Translations under genes and position numbers: made by a program
Virus record (IMG/VR): IMGVR_UViG_3300032224_001146
Coordinates: 1-64,000 of that record
DNA from: a virus
Direction: 5' to 3' (one strand)
DNA length: 64,000 nucleotides
Notes under the pieces: generated by a model
What the model was told of the DNA's origin: nothing
Database searches by the model: none
What the model saw: only the letters and a program-made list of their open reading frames with translations
In this document: positions 55,052-64,000 of the stretch, piece by piece
Numbering within the stretch: position 1 is the first letter of the stretch
Layout of the letters: each line of letters opens with the position of its first letter

Positions 55052-57021
55052 TGATTGTTGTTCCACAAACCGCCAAAGATTTAATATCTAAAAGCACTAC
55101 ACTCAACATGGGTGTTGGGGCTACAATTGATATTAATGTTAATTCAATGGTTGATTTTACAGACTCATCAATTACTGGAAATGATTATACAACAATTGGT
55201 GGAAGACAACCATTTAAAAAACTATTTCCTTTAGATACTATAATTAAACCATTAAGACCAGTTTCCGCTGGAGTTAAATACGGAATTTTTGGTGATATTG
55301 CAAATCAAAGTTATGGTGATCCATCAACAGTTACATTTAAGCCTTCAGGTCAAACAGCTACAACTAAATATCGAACATATTACGCTGGAACAGACACCTA
55401 CTATAAGTATTGGGTAAGCCCTAAAAATGTTAATGCAGTCATAAACATTACATACCCTAAAACAGTTTATGCTAATAAAGTTGTAGTAACTTTTGAAATT
55501 AGCCATGCAATGCCATCAGCATGGACTGTAGCAATTGGCGACTCAACAATATCTGGCACTTCAGCAGATATTAAAAACTTTAACTCTATAAACTATGATG
55601 CAGGAAGTCTTACACTATATTACAATGGAACGTCATGGTCTAAGAATTCTAATGATTTAAATTTAAATTCTTATAAGAGCTTTACAACAACTTCCTTGAC
55701 AGCAACTAATCCAGGCGGTTATATTGGTGTTATTGAATTTGCACCACATTGGGTTAGGGATCTTACAGATTATGTAGTTGATTTTGATATTAGAAAAGAA
55801 TCTTCATCTAGTACAGAAGCTTTAGTTCCAGTTGGAAATATTACTGCCAACTCACTTAATATGTCATTAAATAAATATGATTCAGCAGCAATGTTTTTTC
55901 AGTCTTATAATAAGTCAAGCACAATAGATTTAACAAAAATGTATTTGTATAAGCAAGCACAAATTAATGTTTACCTAAAGTTATATGATTCAAATGCAGC
56001 AGACGCAGATTCAAAAACAGATTCAAAAGGAAAGTACTATAAGATTAATCAGGGTACATTTTATTTAGATAGCTGGGACATAACAGAATTTGGTGATCTA
56101 ACTTTATTTGGACTAGACTCTGCAAAGATACTTCAGGACACATTGGCACCAGACATAATGTGTGAATCATTTTCTTCTATAGCAATTATTAGAAGGCTAT
56201 TAGATTCTGTCGGATACACAAACTATAACTTTAATTATAATACTTCAGATAGCTCAATCATATCTCCAAAATATTGGTGGTCTGACAGTACTACAACAGT
56301 GTGGGATAACCTTCAATCTCTTTGCCGTGACGCACAAATGAGTGCTGTAGTTGACGAAAATAATGTTATGCAGATTTACACAAGAGATTATATATATGAT
56401 AATGCAAGAACTACACAGCACACATTTAGAAATGCAACATCTGGAACAGATTTAGCAAATATAGTTTCATTAACCAAAAAAGATTTGCCATCAGCAAATC
56501 AAGTTAAAGTAATTTATTATACAGTTGTTTCATCAGCTTATGATCAAAATAGTGCACCACTATGGACATCAGGAGATTCTTATTTAGCAGCAGCTGCTTT
56601 AGCATCGGACCTACTTACTTCAACTTTACCAACTTCAAATACAAAAGTTTATATGAAGTTAAATCCAATCACAGTAAATGATTTGTCTTCAGAACAAGTT
56701 GTATATAGTTTTAATGGTCATTTTTTAATTGGATCTGAAATTATTGAATATGATGCTATAGAATATCAGTATGTGGATATTGATAGTGCACAAGATGTAA
56801 CTGTTGATATTACTGGTGAGTCAGACCTTTTAAAGAACAAAGGAAAAGCAAGAATTATAAGTAATGCTGGAAATGATTCTTATAAGTCTACCTTTATCCC
56901 AACAGGAAGATACAGAATTAAAACCAGAGGTGCCTTTGGCACAAAAATAGCAGATCATTTTGTTGATGCTAAAAATGCAGCATTAGGCTGGAATGGATAT
57001 CAAGGGGTGATTTGGAAATAA
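55051..57021 (+). CDS. minor tail/hub protein
   Basis: position; GTFYLDSW, TVWDNLQSL..D. Confidence 0.65.
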   Translation: MIVVPQTAKDLISKSTTLNMGVGATIDINVNSMVDFTDSSITGNDYTTIGGRQPFKKLFPLDTIIKPLRPVSAGVKYGIFGDIANQSYGDPSTVTFKPSGQTATTKYRTYYAGTDTYYKYWVSPKNVNAVINITYPKTVYANKVVVTFEISHAMPSAWTVAIGDSTISGTSADIKNFNSINYDAGSLTLYYNGTSWSKNSNDLNLNSYKSFTTTSLTATNPGGYIGVIEFAPHWVRDLTDYVVDFDIRKESSSSTEALVPVGNITANSLNMSLNKYDSAAMFFQSYNKSSTIDLTKMYLYKQAQINVYLKLYDSNAADADSKTDSKGKYYKINQGTFYLDSWDITEFGDLTLFGLDSAKILQDTLAPDIMCESFSSIAIIRRLLDSVGYTNYNFNYNTSDSSIISPKYWWSDSTTTVWDNLQSLCRDAQMSAVVDENNVMQIYTRDYIYDNARTTQHTFRNATSGTDLANIVSLTKKDLPSANQVKVIYYTVVSSAYDQNSAPLWTSGDSYLAAAALASDLLTSTLPTSNTKVYMKLNPITVNDLSSEQVVYSFNGHFLIGSEIIEYDAIEYQYVDIDSAQDVTVDITGESDLLKNKGKARIISNAGNDSYKSTFIPTGRYRIKTRGAFGTKIADHFVDAKNAALGWNGYQGVIWK

Positions 57022-58406
57022 TGGCACTTCAATACGACGTATACGGATATCAAGCAACACAGGCAAGCGTTGCATCTCCTGCAAATACATCAACTGGCAC
57101 ATATGATGGTGCAGAAAAAGTTTCATATACAGTTGGAAAAGAATTCAATGTTTCAAAATCTTTACTTACTATAAATACAGATTCAAATGACACAACAAAT
57201 TCAATAATTGTTAAAGGTTCTGGCATTGATACTTCTGGAGAATACTTTGCTTTTGGAACAACTATGTTTTTTAAAGCAACGTTAAACGATACAAAACAAT
57301 CAGGTGGCTGTGGATTTTTTTTAAATGCTTCTTCAAATGGGGCAACTGGATATTACGTTTCTGTTGCTACAACATCTACTGCTGCAGCTCAAGGTGGAAA
57401 CTCATTTAACTTTTATAAAATTATTAATGGTAAAAAGTATGTGCTGCAGGACTCTCAATCTGTTAGCGATGCAGCAAAATTAAGGGGTATATACAACGGA
57501 TCCTCATATAAGATAGATATTTTTGTGGACTATGGATCAACTAGTACCACACTTATTGCATATGTAAATGGATTTAAGATAACTGCAACTGATGCAACAA
57601 AAACAATTGGTGGAGTTTCTGTAGATAGACTTTCAAAAACAGCAGTCATAGCACTATATGCAAATCTTGGAACGGCAGCATTTGATTATGCTTATGCAAT
57701 GCCTATTACAAAATCACAATATGACTCAGCATCACTTTATAATATTTACAAAGATAATTTTATTAAGGCTGGAATTGATATGGCTTACGGAGATTTGTTT
57801 GTTACTGGATTACAACAAACTGATTCAACCACAGCCACAAAATACATAGATGAGTTTGGCCCAGTTGCCAGAGAAATTAGAAATATTAAAACTAGATACG
57901 ATTCATCTCCAGCAATTCCAAAATACGTAACTACTGGTTTAAATCAGGCTGTCTCATTACTTGGACAAAAACTTGGGGTGTTTACTGGAGAAGCTTATGT
58001 TTTAAATAACACAGGCACCTATGTACCATTAAGCGACGGTGCAATGACATCTTTTGCTATTATTGGTCCAACAATTAGCAAGAGTAGCCCAATTGAATAT
58101 ATGGATACAGAAATTGATAAGTATTCTCCACAAGAGCCAGTCACATTTGACTCTCAATGGATTCAAAGAGAATCAGATGCCAAGAACCTGTCTGACTGGA
58201 TTAAAAAGCAATGGAAAAATAAACAAAGGGTAATAGATATAAACGTGTTTGGAAACCCATTAGTATCTGTAGCAGATATTATTGTTGTTGATTATCCTTA
58301 TAATGATTTAACAAATACTCAAAAGTTTGTTGTAACAAATGTAACTCAAGCATGGAAGGATGGGTTAACTACCACTATTACGGCTAGATCTATATATAGC
58401 CAATAA
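57021..58406 (+). CDS. minor tail protein
   Basis: DSQWIQ..DA..L, FGNPLVSVADII. Confidence 0.65.
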   Translation: MALQYDVYGYQATQASVASPANTSTGTYDGAEKVSYTVGKEFNVSKSLLTINTDSNDTTNSIIVKGSGIDTSGEYFAFGTTMFFKATLNDTKQSGGCGFFLNASSNGATGYYVSVATTSTAAAQGGNSFNFYKIINGKKYVLQDSQSVSDAAKLRGIYNGSSYKIDIFVDYGSTSTTLIAYVNGFKITATDATKTIGGVSVDRLSKTAVIALYANLGTAAFDYAYAMPITKSQYDSASLYNIYKDNFIKAGIDMAYGDLFVTGLQQTDSTTATKYIDEFGPVAREIRNIKTRYDSSPAIPKYVTTGLNQAVSLLGQKLGVFTGEAYVLNNTGTYVPLSDGAMTSFAIIGPTISKSSPIEYMDTEIDKYSPQEPVTFDSQWIQRESDAKNLSDWIKKQWKNKQRVIDINVFGNPLVSVADIIVVDYPYNDLTNTQKFVVTNVTQAWKDGLTTTITARSIYSQ

Positions 58407-58422
58407 ATGGTATAATAAAATT

Positions 58423-58875
58423 ATGACCAAGCCAACTAAAGTTTCCAGTAATCAAGTTGCTAAAAATTCCCCAATATTTTTAGTTGCTGGCTCACCAGAG
58501 CTTGTTGATTTAGATCCATCTTTTGTTAGAATTGTTGGTGGAGATTTAGCAAGTAAATATGCACAAGCTTATTTGCATGGCGGAGATTTTGGTGGATCAT
58601 CTGGAGACCCAGACAATCCAACTAAGCCAGAAGATCCTAATAATCCAAATGGTCCAAAGGATCCCTCTTGGGTTGACAAGCCAAAAGCTGATGAAGGCGA
58701 TGCAAGTTATACTATAGGTCTTAGAGGGTTAGCACCAGATCTTTCTGATATTCAAATTTTAAAACAGGAAGTTGATTTTAGTGTTGTCCCACCTAAAGTA
58801 AATATTACATTTAGAGTGCATAATTCTACTGGAAGGCAAGTGATTGGATTGAATGCGTTGGTTCCTAAACAATGA
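58423..58875 (+). CDS. hypothetical tail-region protein with Pro/Asp/Gly linker, leaderless
   Basis: TGG-TATAAT 6 nt before ATG. Confidence 0.6.
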   Translation: MTKPTKVSSNQVAKNSPIFLVAGSPELVDLDPSFVRIVGGDLASKYAQAYLHGGDFGGSSGDPDNPTKPEDPNNPNGPKDPSWVDKPKADEGDASYTIGLRGLAPDLSDIQILKQEVDFSVVPPKVNITFRVHNSTGRQVIGLNALVPKQ

Positions 58876-59747
58876 TTACTAAATTTGGAAAAAGATTTTT
58901 AACCTCTTATCTTGCAGGAGGATCAGCATTCCCAGCTCAAGAGATGGCATTTGGAATAGATTCAACAGCAGTAAATGCAAGTGGGAATGATACAAGACTT
59001 GGTTTTGAATTTTATCGTTTCCCAGTCTCACTTGCTACAATTGATATTCAAACAGATAGCAATGGAGATAGCACATATGCAGTTGTATACAAAACAACTG
59101 TCCCGCAAGATGTTGCTGGAATAATTAAAGAGGTTGGTTTATATCCATCAAGTAAGCAATCTTTAAATGCTACAGATAGCAAATTTATTACAGATTTTGA
59201 AAACAACATGTTATGGTTTGATGCAGATTTATACAACCCACAATTAGTAACAACACCTACTCCTAGAGTTGGTGCCACCATGTTTAAAGTACAGTCCGTA
59301 TCAAATTCATCAAAAGAATTTATTTCAAAGGTTGACACCTTTAACCTTGCTGGATATAGTGCAAATGACACAATTACATTAGCTTATAATCAGGAAGACA
59401 ACAATCTATCTTCTATTAAAATAAAGTTTTATAGTTCGGATACAGATTATTTGTATACTACTTTTAACAATTTTTCTTCAACAGGAGAAGCAATTAAAAA
59501 AGCAGCTTTATCAACATTAGCAATTAGTGGCAATCCAGATTCAACATCAATTATTAAAGTTGGAGTAGAGGTAGCAGCTAAATCTTCTGGTAATACTGTT
59601 GTGTATTTAGATGGGCTAAGAATTAATGACGAGGACACCTTTGATCCTAAATATGGAATCATTGCTAGATCAGTATTAAGTTCACCGCTTACAAAACTTG
59701 CTGGAAGACCTGTTGATATAGAGTTTAGATTGGCATTGAACTTTTAA
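58872..59747 (+). CDS. tail/baseplate-associated protein
   Basis: MITKFGKR..., RLGFEFYR, IKEVGLY pattern. Confidence 0.6.
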   Translation: MITKFGKRFLTSYLAGGSAFPAQEMAFGIDSTAVNASGNDTRLGFEFYRFPVSLATIDIQTDSNGDSTYAVVYKTTVPQDVAGIIKEVGLYPSSKQSLNATDSKFITDFENNMLWFDADLYNPQLVTTPTPRVGATMFKVQSVSNSSKEFISKVDTFNLAGYSANDTITLAYNQEDNNLSSIKIKFYSSDTDYLYTTFNNFSSTGEAIKKAALSTLAISGNPDSTSIIKVGVEVAAKSSGNTVVYLDGLRINDEDTFDPKYGIIARSVLSSPLTKLAGRPVDIEFRLALNF

Positions 59748-62149
59748 TGGCAAACTTAAACATTCCTGCTGATTTAACTTTTACTGGTTTTCCAGATCCA
59801 TCAGATAAAAATTATTTTGATGTTACAGTAAAAGGTTTAAACCCAGATACACATTATGGAATTCAATTTCAATGGTTGTTTGCAGATGGCACAAAAAGCG
59901 ATTGGTCTGCAACAAGGGATGTTCTTTCAAGTTTAATTACAACACCAGGACAGCCAGACCTTGGAGTTAATGATGTTGTTGGTGGACCTGGATATATTAA
60001 GGTTACATGGTCTGGAACGGCTGGTGGATCAACAGCAACAGATGTTGCAAGAGTAGATGTTTATATTAGCGGAGCACCATTTGATGGAACAAAGCCAGCC
60101 GATTCATTTGTAGCTTCAGGAACAAAAACAATTACTGCCCCAGCAGGTACATATATAGTAAAGCTTAAAGCATTGCGTTCTGACGGTACTACATCATCTT
60201 TATTTAGCGTAACAAGAACAATTACAGTTCAGGGAATTGGTCAAGTTGTAGAAACACCCACACTTCCAACAGGACTTTCAGTTACATCAATTCCATTTGG
60301 AACACAGGTTTCATGGGATGGTACATACGTATCTTCAACATTTAAAGGTTTTCAATCTATTGTAATTAATGCTTCAACAACAAATGTTGGTGCTTCAGTT
60401 ACAACAGAACCAGGAATACCAGTAGCACAGCTATCTGTAAATAATGCAAAGAATAGTGCAAACATACCTTTGGGTGCTAATGTCGGATATGCTTTTGACA
60501 CATTCTATTATTACATTGCAACTAATACAGATGGAACCGTGTATAAAGAAAATGGCGTTGCCACATGGACAAGAATTAATTCTGTTGGAGTCAGACCAAC
60601 AAAAGCAAATAAAATAGATCTTGAAAATGGTGTAATATCTATTGAAAATCTTGTCGCTGGAAATGGTGCATTTACAACATATCTTAAAGCTGGTGCAGAT
60701 ACTGGTGCAAGAGTTACACTTAGTGGTTTAACAACAACTACAAATGGTGTTCTTCCAGGATTAACAATTTACAAATCTGATGGTACAACTCCAGCAATGA
60801 GAGCAGACTTTTCTGGCAATCTTTCTTTTAGTGGGGACATAAGTGGTGCAACAGGTACACTTACTAATGCTTTAAATGTTGGAACAGCAGTTAATGGAAA
60901 ATATCCATTTAGTGTTTCTGGTAGCGGAATATTAAATTCCACTGCTGGATCAATAGGTGGCTTTACAATTGATGCTACTTCATTGCAAGCAAACAATAAT
61001 ACTTTTCAGTTAGACAGTACAAACGGAAGACTTGCTGTTGGTCCTATTAGTGGATCACATATTGAAATTGATGGTACAAGTGGAATTCTTCACAAGTCTA
61101 GCTCATCTGCATCTGGCAATTTTCAATTAACTTCTTCTGGACACCTTACACTTGGATCAAGTTCTGGATCAGGAAATTATTTAGAATGGGATGGAACTAA
61201 TTTAAATATTCGTGGCGGACTTACAATCACAAGTGGTGCAACTTATGATGATATTCAGTATTCAAAAAATAATGTTGGCGGTATAGTTACACTTACAGAC
61301 AGCCTTGCAACTGGTACGGGGTTTAATAATGGAACTGGAAAAAGCTTAACAGATCTTGTTGATTTTTACAAATCTTTAGATAGATTATTTACTGGAGATT
61401 ATACAAAAGTTGATGGTGGAAAAATTAGTACTGGAATTATTCAGTCTACAGGTTATGTTACTATAAACCAAACCAACGTTCCAGCAACAACTATTAATTT
61501 AAATAGTGGAGAATTTTCTATAGGTGCTGGTGCATTGACATTTAATTCAAATACTAAAGAAGCAGTTCTTACACTTAATGCTACACATGATCAACCATTT
61601 CAAATTAAAGCAGTAGCAGGGACTTCATTGAGTGCTACTAGCTCAACATATAACTGGGATGGAACTACTGACTCTTTAGGAGGTACAGATGCTGATACAA
61701 CTATTCGCAGTGTTGATACTTCTTCAGTTTCTTTAAGTGCCACAGAAACAATTGGTATAATTCAAAAAAATACATCTGGTTCAACTGGTCCAAGACTATT
61801 AATGTCTACTGGATCTGGAGGGTTTACAGAAATTGGTGCTTATGGGTCAACTTTTAACTCTTCAATTATTTTTAATAACGGTCACATTATATTTAAATCA
61901 AACCTTTCTAGCCCCTATGTCATGCAAGGTCTTGGGTCTACCACTCACCCAAGTTATAGTTATGCAGATATTCCTACTACGTTAAATATTAATGCACAAG
62001 GAACTCTTAGCAGAGGAAGAGCTTTTTTCCGTTCTGGAAATACAGAAACAAACATCCTTACGGGAAGATATTCAGCAAATAACAATCAGCCCGTTGGTTA
62101 TTCTTGGATAGGTGTATCTGGGGATATTATTTTTAGTACAGCGGATTAA
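59747..62149 (+). CDS. FN3-containing tail fibre/host-specificity protein
   Basis: VKGLNPDTHY...SDWS; GSIGGFTI; Ser/Thr/Gly-rich. Confidence 0.7.
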   Translation: MANLNIPADLTFTGFPDPSDKNYFDVTVKGLNPDTHYGIQFQWLFADGTKSDWSATRDVLSSLITTPGQPDLGVNDVVGGPGYIKVTWSGTAGGSTATDVARVDVYISGAPFDGTKPADSFVASGTKTITAPAGTYIVKLKALRSDGTTSSLFSVTRTITVQGIGQVVETPTLPTGLSVTSIPFGTQVSWDGTYVSSTFKGFQSIVINASTTNVGASVTTEPGIPVAQLSVNNAKNSANIPLGANVGYAFDTFYYYIATNTDGTVYKENGVATWTRINSVGVRPTKANKIDLENGVISIENLVAGNGAFTTYLKAGADTGARVTLSGLTTTTNGVLPGLTIYKSDGTTPAMRADFSGNLSFSGDISGATGTLTNALNVGTAVNGKYPFSVSGSGILNSTAGSIGGFTIDATSLQANNNTFQLDSTNGRLAVGPISGSHIEIDGTSGILHKSSSSASGNFQLTSSGHLTLGSSSGSGNYLEWDGTNLNIRGGLTITSGATYDDIQYSKNNVGGIVTLTDSLATGTGFNNGTGKSLTDLVDFYKSLDRLFTGDYTKVDGGKISTGIIQSTGYVTINQTNVPATTINLNSGEFSIGAGALTFNSNTKEAVLTLNATHDQPFQIKAVAGTSLSATSSTYNWDGTTDSLGGTDADTTIRSVDTSSVSLSATETIGIIQKNTSGSTGPRLLMSTGSGGFTEIGAYGSTFNSSIIFNNGHIIFKSNLSSPYVMQGLGSTTHPSYSYADIPTTLNINAQGTLSRGRAFFRSGNTETNILTGRYSANNNQPVGYSWIGVSGDIIFSTAD

Positions 62150-62152
62150 AAT

Positions 62153-64000
62153 ATGGCAGGAAAATCATACATAAAAGTAGGCTCTTCTTGGTCTAAGATA
62201 AAAAGAATGTATGTTAAAACTGGTCCAGTTTGGACATCAGTTAGAAAAGCATATATTAAAACTGGAAACGTTTGGAACAAGATGTTTGACTCTTCTAGTA
62301 GAATTCCATATACAACAGAAACTCCTACAATTAGACATGACGCATATACTGGAACTGTTGTTTCAGGTGCAGTAATTCAATATCCAGATCCAACTGGAGA
62401 ATCAGTAATTGGAATTAAATTGTGGGGAAGAGAAAATCCTTCTTCTTGGGGCAATGGTCCATTTACTCAAACAAAATATCAATGGTATGCTGCTGATAAT
62501 AAACAAGGAACAAATGCATATGTAATTAAAGATAGCTCAGATACGTATTATGTAGGGTCTTCAGAAAACAATGATCAGTATGATGGAAATTATTTATTCT
62601 TTAGAGCTTTATATACAAATGCTTATGGAACTGGAGTAGCCAATAGCTTGCCAGTATATGTTCACAAAAATGAACCATATAAAATAACTGGAGTAAATGG
62701 CGGGACAACTGGAATTTCTTCAACAGCAACAGAAGTTGGAACCCCGATACAGTTTGATTTTTATTGGAACAATGCATACACACGTTCTATAGATAGATAT
62801 TATTCAACTATAGAATGGTATAGAGGCTCACCACTATCAGATAAAAGCAATCGTGTTCAAGTTCATACAATGTATCAAGCAAATTGGATAGTTGATAACA
62901 CAACAGAATTTTCTGGAAATGACACCTATACTCCATCACCCTCCGACCTTGGATATACAATTTATGTAGTTATGACTGGCAATAATACATATACTATGGA
63001 CCCAATACAAACTGCATTATATACGGCTCCAATTGTAAGTACATATTACACAGCAACTGTAGTTAGTTCTAAGCCAGTAATTAATTCACCAGTAACAATT
63101 ACAAAAGTTGATGGATATCAAACAATTAATTATCAACTTAAAGCTAATACTCAAACTTATACACCTTCAGCAAGTACTGTTTATTGGGGCTGGCAGTGGG
63201 CTTCTTCTGCAACAGCATCAGATTCATCATGGAGAGCATTACAAACAAGATCTTATTTTCCAATATATGGAGGGTATCAAACTACAAATTATTATGGTTC
63301 AGAACCAAATCAAGGTGTAGATCATTATTTATATATTCCATTAACTGTATATGATGGGTCAACTGATGTTAGCACAATTGGAAAGTATTTCAGGTTTTAT
63401 TCAATTGGAAGTGCAAACGGTGCACAATCAATTACAAATAACTCAGCTGTACTTGGACCAATATACAACTATCCAACAACACCTGGAAACCCATCAATTT
63501 CTTTTTATGCTGCTTACAATTCTTCTCAAGCTTACATTAGGGCATTTTGGAATCCATCAACTTATTCTTTAGACTATACGCTTCAATATAAATCTGGAGG
63601 CACATGGTATGATGCATTAACAGTCACAGATGCTCCCCAATATGTTTCTACAGATGGAATTTTGGTTCCTACTGGAACTTTGATATTTAGAGTTAGAGCA
63701 AGAAATGCAGAAAACATATATCAGTATTCTTCAGAAATTACATTTAATGTTCCTGCCTCATACTCATTTTCTTTTGGAAATTATTTATATCCAAATACAA
63801 ATGGGCAAATTGGTTTAGATAGTGGCACAACATCAACAACTCCAAGCGGTGGAAGATTAATTGCAGTATACCCATTAGATATGGCAGAAACCACAACTGG
63901 ATATTATTCTGATGGTAGATATTATTATATTCAATTTTCTGGATATCAATATCAAAATGTTGGAGTTTCAACCTATGCATTAAGATATCAAGTTAAATTT
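62153..64000 (+). CDS. large Ig-like/FN3 tail protein, truncated by window end
   Basis: MAGKSYIKVGSSWSKIKRMYVKTGPVWTSVRKAYIK...; no stop seen before 64000, so absent from the ORF track. Confidence 0.7.
   Translation, partial: MAGKSYIKVGSSWSKIKRMYVKTGPVWTSVRKAYIKTGNVWNKMFDSSSRIPYTTETPTIRHDAYTGTVVSGAVIQYPDPTGESVIGIKLWGRENPSSWGNGPFTQTKYQWYAADNKQGTNAYVIKDSSDTYYVGSSENNDQYDGNYLFFRALYTNAYGTGVANSLPVYVHKNEPYKITGVNGGTTGISSTATEVGTPIQFDFYWNNAYTRSIDRYYSTIEWYRGSPLSDKSNRVQVHTMYQANWIVDNTTEFSGNDTYTPSPSDLGYTIYVVMTGNNTYTMDPIQTALYTAPIVSTYYTATVVSSKPVINSPVTITKVDGYQTINYQLKANTQTYTPSASTVYWGWQWASSATASDSSWRALQTRSYFPIYGGYQTTNYYGSEPNQGVDHYLYIPLTVYDGSTDVSTIGKYFRFYSIGSANGAQSITNNSAVLGPIYNYPTTPGNPSISFYAAYNSSQAYIRAFWNPSTYSLDYTLQYKSGGTWYDALTVTDAPQYVSTDGILVPTGTLIFRVRARNAENIYQYSSEITFNVPASYSFSFGNYLYPNTNGQIGLDSGTTSTTPSGGRLIAVYPLDMAETTTGYYSDGRYYYIQFSGYQYQNVGVSTYALRYQVKF

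Noticed and set aside
1-64000. Stop-codon reassignment, tRNA genes, terminase
   Set aside because: Genes tile densely under the standard code using all three stops; no cloverleaf or terminase motifs seen by eye. tRNAscan-SE would be needed to exclude tRNAs formally.

Overview
Part of a tailed dsDNA phage genome (siphovirus-type morphogenesis genes), most likely infecting Actinobacteria. The host call is inference from regulatory motifs, leaderless genes and PASTA domains. Layout: (i) 1-3.7 kb, a leftward array of about 17 tiny early-type ORFs separated by motif-dense intergenic blocks. (ii) 3.7-9.8 kb, small Cys/Zn proteins, a secreted lytic transglycosylase, a GT4 glycosyltransferase, class II ribonucleotide reductase (nrdJ) and a holin-like gene. 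(iii) 9.8-39.3 kb, an unusually long block of fibre/adhesin/decoration genes with two embedded enzyme cassettes. (iv) 39.3-64 kb, portal, protease/scaffold, capsid, neck, tail tube, frameshifted tail chaperone, tape measure and tail-tip genes; the last ORF runs off the window. The strongest novel signal is the early-region regulatory system. Five promoters read ATGTCAG-N10-TAnnnT, the geometry of the actinobacterial PafBC (RecA-independent DNA-damage) promoter. They co-occur with helically phased CRP sites, CGACACGCC (WhiA-type GACAC) boxes and a DnaA-box pair, suggesting early transcription wired into host DNA-damage, cAMP, cell-division and replication regulators. No tRNA, CRISPR array, integrase, terminase or reverse transcriptase was seen. 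All family assignments come from motif recognition by eye, not database searches.
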